DNA of 64,000 bases from Balamuthia mandrillaris (taxonomy: Eukaryota). Position 1 is the stretch's first letter, and each line of letters opens with the position of its first letter. The position numbers were made by a program, and so were the translations under genes. Location of the stretch: the NCBI GenBank assembly GCA_031835245.2, contig JAVKOQ020000017.1, positions 124,001 to 188,000 of the forward strand, read 5' to 3'. Positions 50,096 to 62,015 of this stretch are shown piece by piece. The notes under the pieces were generated by a model. That model was given only the letters and a program-made list of their open reading frames with translations, had not been told where the DNA came from and did no database searches.

Positions 50096-51430
50096 ATGAA
50101 AGGCTCATCCTTTCTTCACGCTCTTTTGGGGGCGTTGCTCTTGACCCTCACTCTCACTCATGCTCAACCGGCAGCGGAAACGACGCAAGGGGAATGCGCG
50201 GTCATCGTGGTGAACGCTCTTGCGGTGGAGGTCTCGGTCGGGTTTGATGTCGGTCCAAACGAGCTTGAGTCCTTGCCGCCGGGAGGTTGCCAGCTGACCT
50301 ACATCCCCTGCCAGCCCGACACCTTCCCCTTCGAAGTGGAAGTCTACATTTTCATTGAACAGAATTTGTTTCCTGTCATCGTTCCGTTCGACACTTCGAC
50401 AACCAGCCAACAAGAAGACCTCACAACAACCACGGAAGGCGGAGGAGGAGGGGGAGGAGGAACCTCTCGCTTCGTGCACTACCTCGTCCTCTCTCATCGC
50501 ATCCGATTGCCTCTGGAGGAGGAACGTCCGGAGGAACTCGTCGCTGCCTTTCCTTTCGACTACCAAGGGCAGACTCTACCGATTGCGCTGTTGTACGAAA
50601 AGGCGGAACTTCCCTCGGAGCCATTGGGAGAGGACGAGGTGGGCCTGGCTTTCTGGCATGTGGCCGCTGGCGCTCCTTTCGCATTGAGAGTGAGGCTGAC
50701 GGGGCCTGCTCTGGCTGCCTTGTTGGGAGAAGCGGGGATCGATGTGACGTTGGATCCCTACCAGCGAGTGGATTGGAGGATCATCCAACTCCCTCCACAA
50801 ACAGGCCAAGCCCCTGGTGGAATGGAACCACCCCCGACCGGAGGAGCTGGAGGAGGAGAAGAACAACCGCCACCGACGGGAGGAACCGGAGGAGGCGAAC
50901 AACCACCCTCCACAGGAGGCACCACAGGAGGCACCACGGGAGGAGGAGGAGGAGGAGGAGGAGGAGGAGAACCACAAAGACGACAAGAAGAGGGCATCGA
51001 ATTGACCATCGAGCCAGCAGTCCCACAGCAAGAGGTGCAGACAGCATTGGCAGGATTTGCAAGCTTCGCAGCGGCTGTGGCCGGTGGTGGTTCTCTGTTT
51101 GAAGAGAGCATTGAGGCGGCATTGCGGGAGAACGCAGGGGAGCTGCTGACGGTCTTCATCATCACGGACCCACCGGAGTTGCAACAGACAGCCACGGGTG
51201 GAGGAGGAGGGGTTGCAGCCCGGGTCTTCTTCACCAACTGCGCCACGGACGCCCTGGCTGGTCCTGGCGCAAGTCCTGGTGCTGGCACTGGCGCAGGGGC
51301 AGGCGGAGGGGCAGGCTTCTTGCCGACCATCGCAGCAGGAGGGACAGCAGGTTTCGTGCCGAGCGTTGCTGGCACAGGTGCAGGTGCAGGTGGAGGCTTG
51401 GTGGCGACTATCACCGAAGCTGAGAACTAA
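50096..51430 (+). CDS. Hypothetical secreted protein with Gly/Thr/Pro-rich linkers, intronless
   Basis: Signal peptide MKGSSFLHALLGALLLTLTLTHA; acidic beta-rich segments; PPPTGG repeats. Confidence 0.7.
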   Translation: MKGSSFLHALLGALLLTLTLTHAQPAAETTQGECAVIVVNALAVEVSVGFDVGPNELESLPPGGCQLTYIPCQPDTFPFEVEVYIFIEQNLFPVIVPFDTSTTSQQEDLTTTTEGGGGGGGGTSRFVHYLVLSHRIRLPLEEERPEELVAAFPFDYQGQTLPIALLYEKAELPSEPLGEDEVGLAFWHVAAGAPFALRVRLTGPALAALLGEAGIDVTLDPYQRVDWRIIQLPPQTGQAPGGMEPPPTGGAGGGEEQPPPTGGTGGGEQPPSTGGTTGGTTGGGGGGGGGGEPQRRQEEGIELTIEPAVPQQEVQTALAGFASFAAAVAGGGSLFEESIEAALRENAGELLTVFIITDPPELQQTATGGGGGVAARVFFTNCATDALAGPGASPGAGTGAGAGGGAGFLPTIAAGGTAGFVPSVAGTGAGAGGGLVATITEAEN

Positions 51431-51849
51431 GGCCCGCAACCTAAATTTATGATTTGTTACTACAAAAGGTGGTTTCGATTGATATTCGATTGGTGGCCTC
51501 AATTTTAAATTTTTGATTGGTGCTTTGAAATTGATCTGTGATTATCACGCGAGCGGAGCCATGAGTGGCTGGTCGATCACTCGATCGAGTGGGTTTCCTA
51601 GAAACACCGCGGAAAAAAATTAATTCATTTCCATTAATGGTAATCTAATTCCATGGAATAAACCATAAATGGTAATCATTCACGCATCACGTGACAGCGG
51701 AATTACTGTGATCGAATGCTGTCGCAGCAGGTTGTCGAACTACGGGTTGACTGGAAGAGAACTGCAACCCCTAGAGTTTTTCCGTTTGAGAGAAAATTGA
51801 AACAAACAACACGGCGCAGGTCTCTGAAGCAAAGAGTTGGTAGAAAAAT

Positions 51850-52257
51850 ATGGCTGAAGGAGGAGCGGCGCTCACGATAGACAAGAAACAGGCCTTTGAG
51901 AGCTTGGCCAAAAATATGGTCTTCACAAAGGCCGATGGTATGGCAAAAAAAAAAACTTCTGCTCCCTGTTTCCCCTTTCTGCTATGTGTTGGGGTTAATG
52001 TTTTTTGTTTGAGCGCAGACAACATGAAAGCGTTCTTGTTTTCATACCACCAGTTCCTGCCGGAAGACGCGGACCTGTTTCGCATTTGGGTTGCTCAATA
52101 TCCTTTTTCTTTTTTTTTGTTTTCTTTTTGGTCTTTTGTCCCGTTTGGCGTGTCCTCCTTCCTTCACTCGAACCGATACGTTTGAGATGGCCTGCAACAA
52201 TGAACAACAAGGAAACAGAAAGTACAACGTCGAAAGGTATTTATTCTATTTGCTTTC

Positions 52258-52293
<36 letters not shown>

Positions 52294-55200
52294 CTCTTCC
52301 GTGTTTCTTCTATAACTTGCTTGGGTTTCTCCTTTCCGTTCCGTTCTTTCATTTTTGTCTTTCCTTCAACTGGAGTTGTTCTGACTTCACAAAAAAACGA
52401 AATAGGATGTTTGAGTTCTTGAAGTTTTGGTGGGAAATGCACCCGGAAGACTTCAACAAAGCCAACATCAACCTTTTGCTTCACGCCATGAAGGACCGTC
52501 GCCCCGATGCTCTCAACCACTTCAAACTCTTGTTCCTCAAAGCCCCGTCTCCTTCCTCGGCTCCTTCCTCTTCTGGTGAACCTAACAGCACAAGCAAAAC
52601 CGAACCGCAAGAAGAGATTGAAGACAAGACGGAAACCTGCAAAGCACGTTTGAAGAAATGTACATTTCGGGAACAGTTGGGTGCTGCTACAAACACAATA
52701 ACTGCAAAAGACTTTTTAGATGTGGCTACGGGACAGTTGGCAAAAGAGATGACCATGTTGGACTTTGAGCTGTTCAGCCGGGTCAAGTGTGGAGAGTTCT
52801 TGCACCATGTGTGGCATGCTTCGCAGCGTCAGACCTTGGCTCCCAACATCACCGCTTACATCGCACGTTTCAACGAGGTTTGCCCACTACTCTCTTGCTT
52901 TGTCAACTTGTTCTTCTGCTTCTTATTCAACTTCTTCCTCTTCCTTTTCGTCTTGTTCTCTTCCTCTTCCTCTCGATTTTTCGCTGTTTGACAAACACAA
53001 CCAGGTGAGTTATTGGGTTGTGACAGAGATCCTTATGACACGAAGGAAAGAGCAGATGATCGTATTGAGAAAGTTCATCCGACTTGCCAATAGCTTTTTG
53101 CAACTGAACAACTTCAACTCATTGATCACTATCATGTCAGCCCTCAACAACAGCACCATTACTCGATTGAAAGATGCTTGGGCGGTTCGTTCTTTCTTTC
53201 TTCTATGCTCCTCTCTCCTCTCTCTCGCTTGAGCTCTTATACTCAATTTTATGTTTAAGGCGTTACCTGAAAAAGACGTGGCAACATTTAGAAGCATGGA
53301 AGAGCTGTTGTCCAACCAACAGAACTTCAGCAATTATTTCCAAGAGTTCAAGAAGCGCCCTTTCCCTAAACTTCCTTACTTTGGTTCGTTTCTATGCTCT
53401 CTTTGGCCCGCTCTCTCTATTCTTAACTCAGCTCAACAGCGCTATTTCTGAGGGATTGTACATTCATCCACGATGGCAACAAACCGTACAACCGCCATGG
53501 CATGATCAACTTTGAATACATGACCATGCTCTACCAGTGCTTGCAAGCCGTGAGGGAATGCCAGAGCCATCCTTACGACTTGCCTCACCACAAAGACACC
53601 CAGGCCTTTCTTTGGAACTTAAATTACATTGATGACGAGGCATGTGAATCACTCTCTTTCTTTGTTCTCTCCGCAACAATAACAAATGGTGAAACAGGAC
53701 GCACTGTATATGCTCTCGTTGAAAGCCCAACCCAGCCTTTGGACTAATGAGGCTGTTGAGTAACTATATTCTCTAATGCTCGTACTTTCTACATAATCTA
53801 ATTTCAATGTTTCGTTGTTTATACAGAGAGGTGGTCAAAGAAGACGAGGATTCGAGCGATTCCTACTCTTGGAGCGACAGTCCATCGGCCACCTCCACTC
53901 CATTGGACAATTCCACGATAGAAGCTGAGGAAGGTACTCAAGATGACTTGACCTCCTTCGATGGTTACTCCGAAGACGAAGGTTTCTCCCTAGAGAAAAC
54001 AAGAAAACCTCGTCAACAAAAACAGCAGCCATCGGATAGTAAGCGTGTATCAACTTCCACGAAAAGGAGCTCCAAGCACAAGAAAGGAAAGAGGCACAGA
54101 AAGAAACTAGCATTGGATGGGGAGGCGCTAGATAAGGAAAAGATGGTGATTCGTAGTTTGAAGGGCGTTCCTCCGAGGCTGGTACCGTTCTTCTTCCATG
54201 CGGAACAAGTGGTGGACCAGTATTTTAGTAATTGCATCCATTCCGTTACAACAGGTATTCTATTCTCTATTTGCACTAGAGCTGGTTTCAAATCCTAACA
54301 TTGTTTTTTGAAAGGCACAATCTCCATTGACTTGAAGAATTGGAAACACAAAAACCTTTCCGAAAGCGGATATGGTGAAGAAGAAAGACTCATTCTTGTT
54401 CGAGCTACCGCCATGTCGGTGGACTTCTTCACAAGCCTGCGAGACAACTTTGGCTTCTTTGGTGTTCCAAAGAAGTCTCTTCAAACAGCTGCACAACGTC
54501 AACATACTCAAGCCATGCTAACAGGATTTGGTTTTACGCCGGTTTCAGCTGAATCTACTGGAACAGGAGAAAGTGTTATAGCGGAGAAGAAGGAAGAGAG
54601 CCTATTTGAGGACTATACGGAAGAAGTGACGGCCAAGTTGTTGTATGACTTTGGATACGTGAGCGGAATGGGCGATTGTCAAGCTTTTTCTAAATTCACT
54701 GGAGCCACGGGTCCTGATGTTTGGGCCATGGGACCTATTTGCTTTGTGTTAGTACTCCTGTTCTTGTTCTCCATCTTTTCTCATCTTATAGCGCCAACCT
54801 GTTCATTGATCTTGGCTTTTAGTTACTCGGGACGATGCAACAAGGAAATAGTTGACAATGACCGCGAGCTCGACCCCGATGACTTTTACTCCGAAGGAAT
54901 CATGCAGTTTAGCTTCGAAGCCGACTCTTGGGTGAAAAGCGGCAAGTTTCCTCCCAAACTGAATCCCATTTTCCTTCCCAAGAGAGAAACACCATCCACT
55001 ATGGACCCCAAAAACTGTACTTCCGTGTGTCATTACTGGTGTGGCTTTGCCGCAGGATGGACTTCAGCAGCGTTGGGGAAACAGTTCGTCTGCTGCGAAG
55101 CCCGATGCATGGGAAGAGGAGACCCGGTTTGCGTTGGCATATTGACATATCCTCATAAGCTGAACAAACACATCAAAGAGTACTACAAACGACATCACCT

Positions 55201-56669
55201 ACCAGATAAGAGCGCTCAAGTTCTTCAGTATAACTTTATGGATACTAAGGATGCTTTTGCTTCTTCCACCAAAGCCATTCTTTCAGCTGATCAACATGCT
55301 TCTTCGTCCTCATCTTCCGTAAACTCTTCTCTTGCCAACGAAAAGAAAAAGAACAAAGATTCTTCTTCACATCCACAAGGGAGCATCAAGTTTCCGGTGG
55401 TGGGAAGGAAGAAGCTTCCAGGACAGCTGGAATCCAGGTTGGACAATGCAGAACTCATCTCCACCACCACCAAAGAGGACCTGGCTCATCAGGAACAGAT
55501 CAAAGCCAAGCAGACAGCCATCTTCTCTCAACTGTTCAGCCAGCTGGTGTGCAATCCCAGCAAAGGGAAAGTGGCCTTGGAAACGAGTGGGGCAAGAGGG
55601 GAGAAAGCGGAGGAGAGGTATGTGTTCTTGAGGGCGGAGACCTTGTCCACCATGTTTTATGAGGTGGTCTCTTCTTTGATGGCCCAACGTGAAGAATCTG
55701 AAAAGAGCGATGATCAACCGAGAGGAGAGGGAGGAACTGGAAGAAAGGGAGGCCACTACCAGCAAGACAAAGAAGTGATTGCCCGCTCGTTTGCCACGAA
55801 CTTTTTGTACGACTTTGGAAGATGCTTTGCCAAGAGTGACTTCACATTCTTCACTCGCACTGCTGCTAACGCCGTTCCTGCTGCTTTGAAGTACGTTGCC
55901 TGTTGTGCATTCTCAATCTCTCTTCTGACGCATGAACACAACCTGCCTTACAGGTCAAAAGAAGAGCAATTCCTGCAAAGAATGTTCAGTCTGCCAGAGA
56001 TCCTTCGTCATGTGGGATGGGGCAAGCTCAGCATCCTTTCTTCCTTGTCTTTGTTGAACTATGATCCCAAGAACCGCTTCAAGCACTTTTTCCTTCGGTA
56101 TGCATTGTTTCCCTATCTTATCTTTACATTTTCAGATGTTGGCTGAAGCGTTTATTTGTACACACAGATACACGGTTAAAAACAGCTTTGAAGCATCTGT
56201 TTATGTTAAAGACCAATGGACCAAAGCGAAACAACAATTGAGCCAACAATCGGAAAAAAACAAAAGCAGTAAGACCCTGAAACAACTGCGGCAGCAATAC
56301 GTGCAACCCTCTCCTGTGTGTATCCTCAATTGCGGTTACGTCAACAGCTTCCTGGAGGAATGCATTCACTCTTGTGCTTCTCCCGTCGCTGCTTCTTCGG
56401 CTTCTTCTGTATCAGCGGCCACATCCGAACATCATCCCCACGACGAACGCGAAGTGCAACTGGGAACAGTGGAGGTGAGCTGCGTGGCATGCGGACACGA
56501 GACATGCGAGTTCCTGGTGGCCCCGGCCGAGCTGATGTTCGCTCACGTGATGAGGTACTTGAAGGAGAAAGGGAGAGAGGAGGAGGTGGGCAGGTTGCGG
56601 GGCTTGGAAATCGTGATGAGGAGGTTCAAGCATGGCAGAGGCTACTTCTCCCGTCTCTTCCGCAAGTAA
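51850..56669 (+). CDS. RasGEF (REM + CDC25) fused to tandem XylR_N/V4R domains, paralogue 1; multi-exon including U12 intron 52098-52179
   Basis: FLKFWWEMHPEDF, LAKEMTMLDFELF, FNEVSYWVVTEIL, LNNFNSLITIMSALN, PYFALFLRD; V4R motifs VCHYWCGFAAGW...EARCMGRGDPVC and PVCILNCGY...EVSCVACGHETCEF. Confidence 0.85.
52098..52179 (+). other. U12-type AT-AC intron (RasGEF-V4R paralogue 1)
   Basis: 5' ATATCCTTT, branch-like TCCTTCAC, 3' AC; removal gives in-frame WVAQ-FEMACNNEQQ. Confidence 0.85.
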
Positions 56670-56899
56670 CCTGCGATATACAAAATGTTTAACTTTTGTT
56701 TGTAATTTTTGTATGCATGAATTTTACAACAATAAAGAACGTCAACAACAATAGCAATATTTGGTCGCTGCATTGGCAATCGTACTAAAATGGTTATAAT
56801 AAATTAATGACATGTAATTTTGTAACACTTAATTTGGTTTCCACTTCCATAATTGATGGAGAAAACTAAACACCAGAAAAAATAAGCCGGCAACATAAG

Positions 56900-57534
56900 A
56901 TGGCAGAGGGAGAGGTGACCATCAGCAAACAACAGGCCTTTGAAAGCTTGGCCAAGAACATTGTATTTACGAAAGATGATGGTAGCGTTTTGTAATCATC
57001 CTCCCATCTCTCTCTCTCTCTCTCTCTCTCTCCAGCTGCATGAGCGATGTTTACTCTAAGAGATCTTTTGTTTTGCTGGCAACAGATAACATGAAAGCAT
57101 TTCTGTTTTCGTACCACCATTTTCTTCCGGATGGTGGCGACCTGTTCCAAGTGTGGCTCAATCAATATCCTTTTTTTCCCACAGGGCATCTCACTTCTCT
57201 TCTCCTCTCTTCTCTTCTGTGCAGTATGTTTCTCTACTTGCTTCATGTTTGCCTGTCACTCTCACTCATTCTCTCTCCCCACTCTCTTGTTCTCTCTCTC
57301 TCTCTCTCTCTCTCTCGCGCTACTCTTCTTCTCTCCTTTTGTTTGTTTTGTTTTCGTCGTTTTGTTAAGTACTTAACTTTCAGTGCTGTGAACATTTGAA
57401 ATGGCCTGCAACAACGAGCAACAAGGGAACAGAAAGTACAATGTCGAAAGGTATTTTCATCACTTCTTCGTTAGCTTATCTCTCCTTGCTTCATTACTAT
57501 CTTCATTAGCTTTTCTCTCCTTGCTTCGTTACTT

Positions 57535-57578
<44 letters not shown>

Positions 57579-60500
57579 CTCGCTCTCGTTCTAGCGTTCT
57601 CTCCTCCTCACTCTCACTCTCTCGCTCTCACAAACTAGGATGTTTGAGTTCCTGAAGTTTTGGTGGGAAATGCACCCGGAAGACTTCAACAAAGCCAACA
57701 TCAACCTTTTGCTTCACTCCATGAAGGACCGTCGCCCCAATGCTCTCAACCACTTCAAGCTTTTGTTCCTCAAGACCCCTCCTTCTTCATCAGAATCACT
57801 TTCTTCATCCTCCTCCTCATCTGAACGAGAAGAGAAAGCAAAAGAAGATTATGACGAAGGAGAGTCATCTTCTGCCGGTAAAGCACGTTTGAAGAGATGT
57901 TCCTTTGCGGCACAGTTGCTAGGCAGAGCAACAACAGCGACAACTGGAACAGACTTCTTGGAGGTGAGCAGCCACCTGCTGGCCAGAGAGATAACCATGT
58001 TGGACTTTGAGCTGTTCAGCAAGATCAAGTGCGGGGAGTTCTTGCACCACGTGTGGCATGCTTCGCAACGTCAGACCTTGGCTCCCAACATCACCGCTTA
58101 TATCGCACGTTTTAACGAGGTTTGCTGCTTTGACTTCTCTTCACCTTGTTGATGCCCTGCTAACTTCAATAGGTGAGCTATTGGGTGGTGACGGAGATTC
58201 TGATGACCAGGAGAAAGGAGCAGTCGATAGTGCTGAAGAAGTTCATTCGCCTGGCGTATTGCTTTTTGCAACTGAACAACTTCAACTCATTGATCACTAT
58301 CATGTCAGCCCTCAACAACAGCACCATTCGCCGCCTAAAAGAGGCTTGGGCGGTTCGTTCTCTTCTCTCTTGCTAGCTCTCCTTTGCAATGCGACTGATG
58401 AGGATAGTTGTTTAGGGTGTGTCAGAAAAAGAAATGACTAACTTCAGAAGCATGGAAGAGCTGTTGTCCAACCAACAGAACTTCAGCCATTACTTCCATG
58501 AGTTCAAGAGACGTCATTTTCCTAAACTCCCTTACTTTGGTGTGTTATTTTCTTTCTTCCTGGGCTTAACGCACACACTGACATGAGCTATGGCTTCTAT
58601 TAGCGCTGTTTCTGAGGGATTGTACATTCATCCACGATGGCAACAAACCGTACAACCGCCATGGCATGATCAACTTTGAATACATGACCATGCTCTACCA
58701 GTGCTTGCAAGCCGTGAGGGAATGCCAGAGCCATCCTTACGACTTGCCTCACCACAAAGACACCCAGGCCTTTCTTTGCAATCTGCATTACATTGATGAC
58801 GAGGTATGAGGACACTAAAGCCCCTCTTTCTCTCTCTATAATGACCGCTTATCTAACTTGTTTAAAAGGATGCTTTGTATATGCTCTCGTTGAAAGCCCA
58901 ACCCAGCCTTTGGGCAAACGATGCTGTTGGGTAAGCTTCTCTCTTCCATTTTGCTTCCATTTTTACTTCTTCTAAACCTTGTGCTTTTGCAACAGGGACG
59001 TAGTCAAAGAAGATGAAGATTCGAGCGATTCCTTCTCATGGAGCGACAGTCCTGCCGGCACTTCTTCCAACAATATGTCTCTCGCAGAAGCCCAGCAAGA
59101 GGTTACACATGAAGAAGATGTCTCGGCTTTCGATGGTGATTCTGACCACGAGGACGAAGCTGCGTCTCATAAACTTGCAAAACAACAACTGCAACAAGAA
59201 CTAACAAACAAGTTAAGTGGAGACAAGAATCGACCAGCAACAAAGAAGAAAAGTGGACCAAATAAACAAAGAAAGAAGCTAGTATTGGACGAAGCAGCGC
59301 TGCAAAAGGAGAAGATGGTAGTACGTAGCTTGCAAGGAGTACCTCCCAATCTGATCCCGTTCATGTACAAGGCGGAGCAAGTTGTGGATAAGTACTTTGG
59401 AGGTTGCGTCCATTCTGTAACAAATGGTTCGTGCTTCCTTCACGCCCGCTGTTTTGCGGTTTCTTCAAACACTCACAACACATTCGCAACATATAACATG
59501 AAACAGGAACCATTTCTATCGACTTAAGAGATTGGAACTCCTTCGGCGACGCTCGGATTGCCGAAGAAGCCAACAAAGAACGGATGATATTGGTTCGAGC
59601 AACGGCTCTCTCCGTGGACTTCTTCACCAGCCTTCGTGACAACTTTGGCTTCTTTGGTATTCCAAAGAAACAGCTGCAAACCGCCACGCAACGTCAACAA
59701 AAGAATCAAGCCATGCTCACTGGATTTGGTTTCACGCCGGTTGACGGAAGCGGTATAGCAGTAACAACCGTGGAGAAGAAGGAAGAGGATAATGTATTTG
59801 AGGACTATACGGAAGAAGTGACGGCCAAGTTGTTGTATGACTTTGGATACGTGAGCGGAATGGGCGATTGTCAAGCTGTATCGAAGATCACCGGAGCCAC
59901 GGGCATGGATGTTTGGGCCATGGGACCTGTTGTTTTTGTGTATGTTGACTTTTGAAATCCCGGTTTGTTCTTTTCTGCTCTTCTTTCTGTAACGCTCATA
60001 GAAATATACAGCTATTCAGGCCGATCCAACTCCAAATTCTCAGGCAAAGACGAAGAAGACAGCGCCCCTCCCAACCCTGAAGACATCTACTCGGAAGCGC
60101 ACCTCACCTTCTGCTTTGAGTCCGATTCCTGGCTCAAGAGTCATTGCCCTCTTCCCAAAATGAATTCCTCCATCCTTCTTCAAAGCAACAAGAAAGACAA
60201 AGCCGCTGCTGCTTCTTCTTCGAATGGCACTTCAGTTTGTCATTACGTCTGCGGATTCTCTGCAGGATGGACCTCAGCTGCTTTTGGAGTGGAATACAGC
60301 TGCGTGGAGTTGAACTGCATGGCCAAAGGAGACTCTCATTGCGTCTTCTTGCTGTGCCGCCCTCAACGCTTGCGACGCGCCATTCGAGAGTACTATAAAA
60401 AGCAAAACGTGCCAGACCGAAGCGAACAGATCGTGAAATACAAGTTTATGGACACCACGGAAGCTTTCGCTTCCTCCACCAAAGCCATTCTCTCTTCTGA

Positions 60501-61125
60501 TCTTTCCTCTTCTTCGACTGTTGATACAAAGGCTTCCACCAAAAAAGAGGAGAAAGACAAGAAGAAGAAGACGCAGGGGAGCATCAAGTTCCCGGTGGTG
60601 GGAAGGAAGAAGCTTCCAGGACAGCTGGAATCCAGGTTGGACAATGCAGAACTCATCTCCACCACCACCAAAGAGGATCTGGCTCATCAGGAACAGATCA
60701 AAGCCAAGCAGACGGCCATCTTCTCTCAACTGTTCAGCCAGCTGGTGTGCAATCCCAGCAAAGGGAAAGTGGCCTTGGAAACGAGTGGAGCAAGAGGGGA
60801 GAAAGCGGAGGAGAGGTATGTGTTCTTGAGGGCGGAGACCTTGTCCACCATGTTTTATGAGGTGGTCTCTTCTTTGATGGCCCAACGCCAAGAATCTGAA
60901 GAAGCAGAGCAGGAGCGGCACAAGACGGAAGGAGAAAAGAAGGAAGAGCAAGAGATGTTGGCTCGTTCGTTTGCCACGAACTTTTTGTACGACTTTGGAA
61001 GATGCTTTGCTCGAAGCGACTTTGCGTTTTTCACTCGGGTGACGGCGTCAATGGGAAGAAACACCCCAGCTTCCATGCCCATGTACGTTATTACTTTCTT
61101 GTTCTTCTCTTTATTACCTGTTGTT

Positions 61126-61157
<32 letters not shown>

Positions 61158-61946
61158 TTCTAGCACAGAAGACTGGACTTATCATTGTTATTATGGTTGA
61201 TATAGGTCGAAAGAAGAGCAATTCCTTCAAAGAGTGTTCAACCTGCCAGAGATCCTTCGACATGTGGGATGGGGCAAGCTCAGCATCCTTTCTTCTTTGT
61301 CTTTGTTGAACTATGATCCCAAGAACCGCTTCAAGCACTTTTTCCTTCGGTATGCATTGTTTCCCTATCTTCTCTTTACATTTGATAACTAAAGTCATTC
61401 ATTAACTCTTCTCTTTTTTGCATCTTTGTGTTGCTGAAACGAAATGAATCAAACAGATACACCGTCAAGGAGAGCTTCGAGGCAGCCGTTCATCTCAAGG
61501 ACCAATGGACCAAAGCTTTTCAACAATTCAATGAACAACGCTCCTCATCTCAACACGACAAGCACAACAACATCAGAACTCTGAAACAACTGCGGCAACA
61601 ACACGTACAATCTTCTCCGGTATGCATCCTCAACTGCGGCTACGTCAACAGCTTCCTGGAGGAATGCATCTCTGCTTCCTCCTCCTTTGAATCCAACAAA
61701 GACCAGAGCGAAGAGGCAACACCAGCGGCAGTGCAACTGGGAACAGTGGAGGTGAGCTGCGTGGCATGCGGACACGAGACATGCGAGTTCCTGGTGGCCC
61801 CGGCCGAGCTGATGTTTGCTCACGTGATGAGGTACTTGAAGGAGAAAGGGAGAGAGGAGGAGGTGGGCAGGTTGCGGGGCTTGGAAATCGTGATGAGGAG
61901 GTTCAAGCATGGCAGAGGCTACTTCTCCCGTCTCTTCCGCAAGTAA
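56900..61946 (+). CDS. RasGEF fused to tandem XylR_N/V4R domains, paralogue 2; multi-exon including U12 intron 57165-57393
   Basis: Same exon series and motifs as paralogue 1; VCHYVCGFSAGW...ELNCMAKGDSHC; identical C-terminus ...GYFSRLFRK. Confidence 0.85.
57165..57393 (+). other. U12-type AT-AC intron (RasGEF-V4R paralogue 2)
   Basis: 5' ATATCCTTT, branch-like TACTTAAC, 3' AC; removal gives in-frame WLNQ-FEMACNNEQQ. Confidence 0.85.
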
Positions 61947-62015
61947 CGAGTAATAGAAAATGTTTGTGCGTAGAGAAAAAGTTATAAACATCAAGTTGCA
62001 TTTTGCTTCTTCGTT

